Notes under the pieces: generated by a model
What the model was told of the DNA's origin: nothing
Database searches by the model: none
What the model saw: only the letters and a program-made list of their open reading frames with translations
Source: Octopus sinensis
Lineage: Eukaryota
Assembly (NCBI RefSeq): GCF_006345805.1
Contig: NW_021828200.1
Coordinates: 1 to 9,037, forward strand
DNA: 9,037 nucleotides
Reading direction: 5' to 3'
Part shown: one piece after another, positions 5,968 through 9,037 of the stretch
How positions within the stretch are numbered: position 1 is the stretch's first letter
Layout of the letters: every line of letters begins with the position of its first letter
Made by a program: the position numbers and the translations under genes

Positions 5968-7160
5968 CGAGGTTAGGCTGAAAAGTTCATAGGCTGACTA
6001 TGAAGGAGTGACCTAGAGCTGTGAAATCTTGCATGTGTTATTTTCAACTTTTCTTATTGATAACTGCATTGTTTCTTTCCATATAAAATGATAGTTGACT
6101 GCTCAAAGACCACTATAAAAGTAACTAGTAGCAAACTTCTTTTCAAAATGGACAAAATTCGTCATGGTGTTGTAATGAAGTATCTGCAGTAAAAGGCTTT
6201 AGACCCCAACGGCATTCATGCTGACACCGTCGATATAATAGGAGATGACGCTCCAGCTTTAGCTACAGGCAGCTGAATTTAGGAGGGAATGGAGAGTGTT
6301 GGAAATGACACAAGGTTGACGTCCTACAACTGTACCACCTAGGAAAACATTGATTGTGTTCACCACATGCTGGTAGATGACAGGCGATTGAGTATAAATC
6401 AAATAGCTAATGTCATTAGCATATTCCGTGAGAGAATTGAGCACATTCTGCTCAATGACCTTGGCATGACGAAGGTTTCTGCTTGGTGGGACCCACTTCT
6501 TTTGAGACCTGATGAAAAGCGCGCCAAGTTGAGCACATCACAGGAAAATATGACATTGTTTGAGACAGATGAAGCCGGTTTCCTTGAACGTCTCTAAGCC
6601 AGGGTGAGTGTTGGAATCATCAGCTGGAGCCCGGGACAAAGAGACACTCCATGAAGTAGAAACATCCCTCCTCCCCAGCTCCAAAGAATGCCAACGTTGT
6701 TTCATCTGCAAGGAAATGATAGCTTCAGTTTTGGGGTATACAAAAGACATTGGGTTTATTGACTTTCTTCAAAAGGGCCATACTGTCACTGGAGAGTACT
6801 ATGCCAACTTGCCAAGGCAGTTACGAAGAGCTATCATGACCAAACTCTAGGAAAACTGACGAAGGGTTTCTTGTTTCATCAGGCAATGTTCCAGCACATA
6901 AGTCCTCCGTTTCAATGACTGCTGTGCGTGATGTGACTTTGAACTGGTTGATCGCCCTCCTTTTTCCTCTGAACATGAAAAAGCTTTTGCTGGGAACCAA
7001 TATCGCAGTCATTATCATGTCATGTCTGCTGTTGTTATCCAAATACTGTAACACCCATGGAAGGAGCGTGTAGGCTGCAAGGGGGACTATGTTGAAATAT
7101 AAACCTCATTCGGTCTCATTCTACGACAGTATCCTGGTAAACCTATAAACTCGACCCTCG
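5968..7160 (+). mobile_element. mariner element, near full length (1193 bp), inactive
   Basis: Left TIR CGAGGTTAGGCTGAAAAGTTCATAGGCTGAC (5968-5998); right TIR GTAAACCTATAAACT-------CGACCCTCG (7137-7160, 7-nt deletion). Expected TA TSDs read GA and TG. Confidence 0.93.
6148..7102 (+). pseudogene. mariner transposase pseudogene
   Basis: MDKIRHGVVMKYLQ*..GDDAPAL..ENIDCVHHMLVDDRRLSINQIA..LGMTKVSAWWDP..QGECWNHQLEPGTKRHSMK*KHPSSPAPK..GEYYANL..GKLTKGFLFHQ..PAHKS..FELVDRPPFS..GDYVEI* with many stops and frameshifts; the PDLAP.D segment carrying the third catalytic Asp is deleted. Confidence 0.93.
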
Positions 7161-7292
<132 letters not shown>

Positions 7293-7307
7293 GTGTATAT
7301 ATACACA

Positions 7308-7475
7308 CATTGGGGTAACTGAATGGTAAGAAATGTGCTTCTCAACCACATCGTATTGGGTTTAGTCTCACCGCGTGGCACCTTCGGCAACTGTCATCTA
7401 CTTTAGCCCCTAGCCGACTAAAGCCTTGTCAGTGGATTTGGTAAATAGAAACTGAAAACGCCGTCGTATATATAC
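7308..7475 (+). mobile_element. SINE family A, 5' half
   Basis: TGGTAAG..TGCTTCTCAACCACATCG..GGGTTTAGTC..GCGTGGCACCTTCGGCAAC..AAAGCCTTG..GTGGATTTGGTA..GAAACTGAAA..GTCGTATAT aligns to 2878-3035. Confidence 0.88.
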
Positions 7476-7544
7476 ATTTATCAAGTAATGGAACGCAACA
7501 CACTCCGCATTTGTACTAACAAGTTTTTTATATACCAGTGAGAT

Positions 7545-7745
7545 TCTCTCTTCCCCCACTCTCTCTCACACACACACACACTTGCCTTCATTCTTTTTCC
7601 TTTCCTTTCTCTCACTTTTATTCTAGCCTTTCTACTTATTCCTTTTCTCTCTCTCCCTCTTGTATTTCTTGCCTTTCTCCTTCCCCTTCATCCCTTTCTT
7701 TTTTTTTGCTCTGTTGCTGCTTTTTCTTACTGTCTTTCTTCTCTG
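7545..7745. repeat. pyrimidine-rich low-complexity tract
   Basis: About 200 bp of mostly C/T on the + strand, non-periodic. Confidence 0.8.
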
Positions 7746-7990
7746 CCTGGTGCTGTCACTTGACCAGCAGCCGGTTCCCCTTTTTCTACCTTTCTGGCAC
7801 TGGTTCCGTAGCTGACCAGTCGTAATTCACTGTTTCTCTGTCCTCCATCCTTCAAGACATTTTCTAAGCGTTACCCACTATTCTCGTCTCCTTGGCCCCA
7901 AGGCCGTATTTTATTCATACTTGTCCACCGTCCTACAATCACTGTGTGTCGTTTTGTTTGTTTGTTTTGTTTGCTCTTGTCCTTAATTCT

Positions 7991-8108
7991 CCTAACTTAG
8001 CATCTTGGCGAATGGGACTAATAGAGTAAGTATCAGGTTTTACAAAAGAAAAAAAAAAACAAATACTGAGGTCAAATCATTCAAATAAAATCCTTCAATG
8101 CAGTGCCC
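7991..8108 (+). mobile_element. SINE family A, 3' half up to the DNA-transposon insertion
   Basis: CCTAACTTAGC..GGCGAATGGGACTAATAGAGTAAGTA..ACTGAGGTCAA..CTTCAATGCAGTGCCC aligns to ~3215-3320. Confidence 0.75.
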
Positions 8109-8830
8109 GGGTCTAGTTGGTTTGGCTGCCAGCATTTGAGAAATTAAAGTTTATCGAAAATTTTAAAATTTGACACATTAATATATTTTTCTAAGCTGAA
8201 TTGCTGGAGTTATAAAGGTTTAAAGTTTAATCATTTCACCCAGTCTGTAAATAGGATTTAGAGTCTGTCATTTTGTGCGTGATTGCATGTGTTGCAACAT
8301 TCTGAAAATAGCACGTTTTTATATGAAACTGTAAACAAATCAAATTCTGCTTAACGTATGGCATGTAACCTCTCATAACTTTTTTAAATTTTGGAATTTT
8401 AAGAAAATTTTTGTGAATTTGTACTCTACACGCGGGAATTCATACGATTATGCAAGAAAAATTTTTAATGGAGAGCGGGGCGTGATTTGAGGCCTATTTA
8501 GCTGTTATTTTTAGCATATCTCACGACCAGGATACAAGCAACAGAGCACAGCGTCAATGTACGTGGCATCGCGTAGAATATGTGCTTTCTCGCAGACAAA
8601 AAAATTCTCATGTTTGGCTTGTTAGAAATGGAAACAGTCATGAATGTGTCTGTGGCTTACGATTGGCTAAAATTTCCCAAAATTTTCAAACTTTAATTGC
8701 TACTATCTCTATTGATTTATAACGAAAATGATTTTCACGTCATTCATTAGCCTATAAAAGTGTATCATTACACTGAATATAAAATCAGTTCGAACAGAAA
8801 ATGATGCTAGCAACCAAACCAATTAGATCC
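8109..8830. mobile_element. 722-bp non-autonomous DNA transposon, GG...CC ends, superfamily unresolved
   Basis: 27-bp TIRs GGGTCTAGTTGGTTTGGCTGCCAGCAT (8109-8135) vs reverse complement of 8804-8830 GGATCTAATTGGTTTGGTTGCTAGCAT (23/27); perfect 8-bp TSD CAGTGCCC at 8101-8108 and 8831-8838; no ORF in the track. Confidence 0.92.
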
Positions 8831-8874
8831 CAGTGCCCCAGCTTGGCCGCCATCAAATGACTGAAACATAAAAG
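8831..8874 (+). mobile_element. SINE family A 3' tail (continuation after the insertion)
   Basis: CAGTGCCCCAGCTTGGCCGCCATCAAATGACTGAAACATAAAAG matches the tail at 3361-3405. Confidence 0.88.
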
Positions 8875-8880
8875 TTTAAC

Positions 8881-8970
8881 GATACATACATACACACACA
8901 CACACACACATACACATTTACAGACACTCATGCATACTTATATCACAAACACACACACACGTACACACAA
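8881..8970. repeat. imperfect (CA)n/(TACA)n microsatellite
   Basis: Directly visible. Confidence 0.88.
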
Positions 8971-9037
8971 TAGTACAGAATATATCTAATATTGTAACGA
9001 TAAATATAAAAACAAAATCGAGCACGTGGTTGTAGTA

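Noticed and set aside
7538-7825. 95-aa F/L/S-rich ORF that looks membrane-like
   Set aside because: Composition is an artefact of the pyrimidine tract.

Overview
Eukaryotic, repeat-dense window with no intact protein-coding gene, RNA gene or CRISPR array. The SINE sequences and long (TA)/(CA)/(TG) microsatellites look like an octopus (coleoid cephalopod) genome; this is recognition from memory, not a database result. Almost everything is transposon debris, often nested: two dead mariner elements from different lineages, two RTE-type LINE fragments, three families of tRNA-derived SINEs (called A, B and C here), two hAT-type MITEs, and a 722-bp GG...CC non-autonomous DNA transposon with an 8-bp TSD. 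Structures not explained by the ORF track are: a ~110-bp inverted-repeat pair bracketing a symmetrically filled ~1.7-kb interval; a head-to-tail SINE dimer inside a single TSD; a 3' tail shared by SINE C and the RTE LINE; tandem C2H2 fingers at the LINE C-terminus; and a candidate microexon. I see no convincing evidence of a wholly new biological system. The best leads are unclassified mobile elements and possible dsRNA (ADAR substrate) architecture. All alignments were done by eye.
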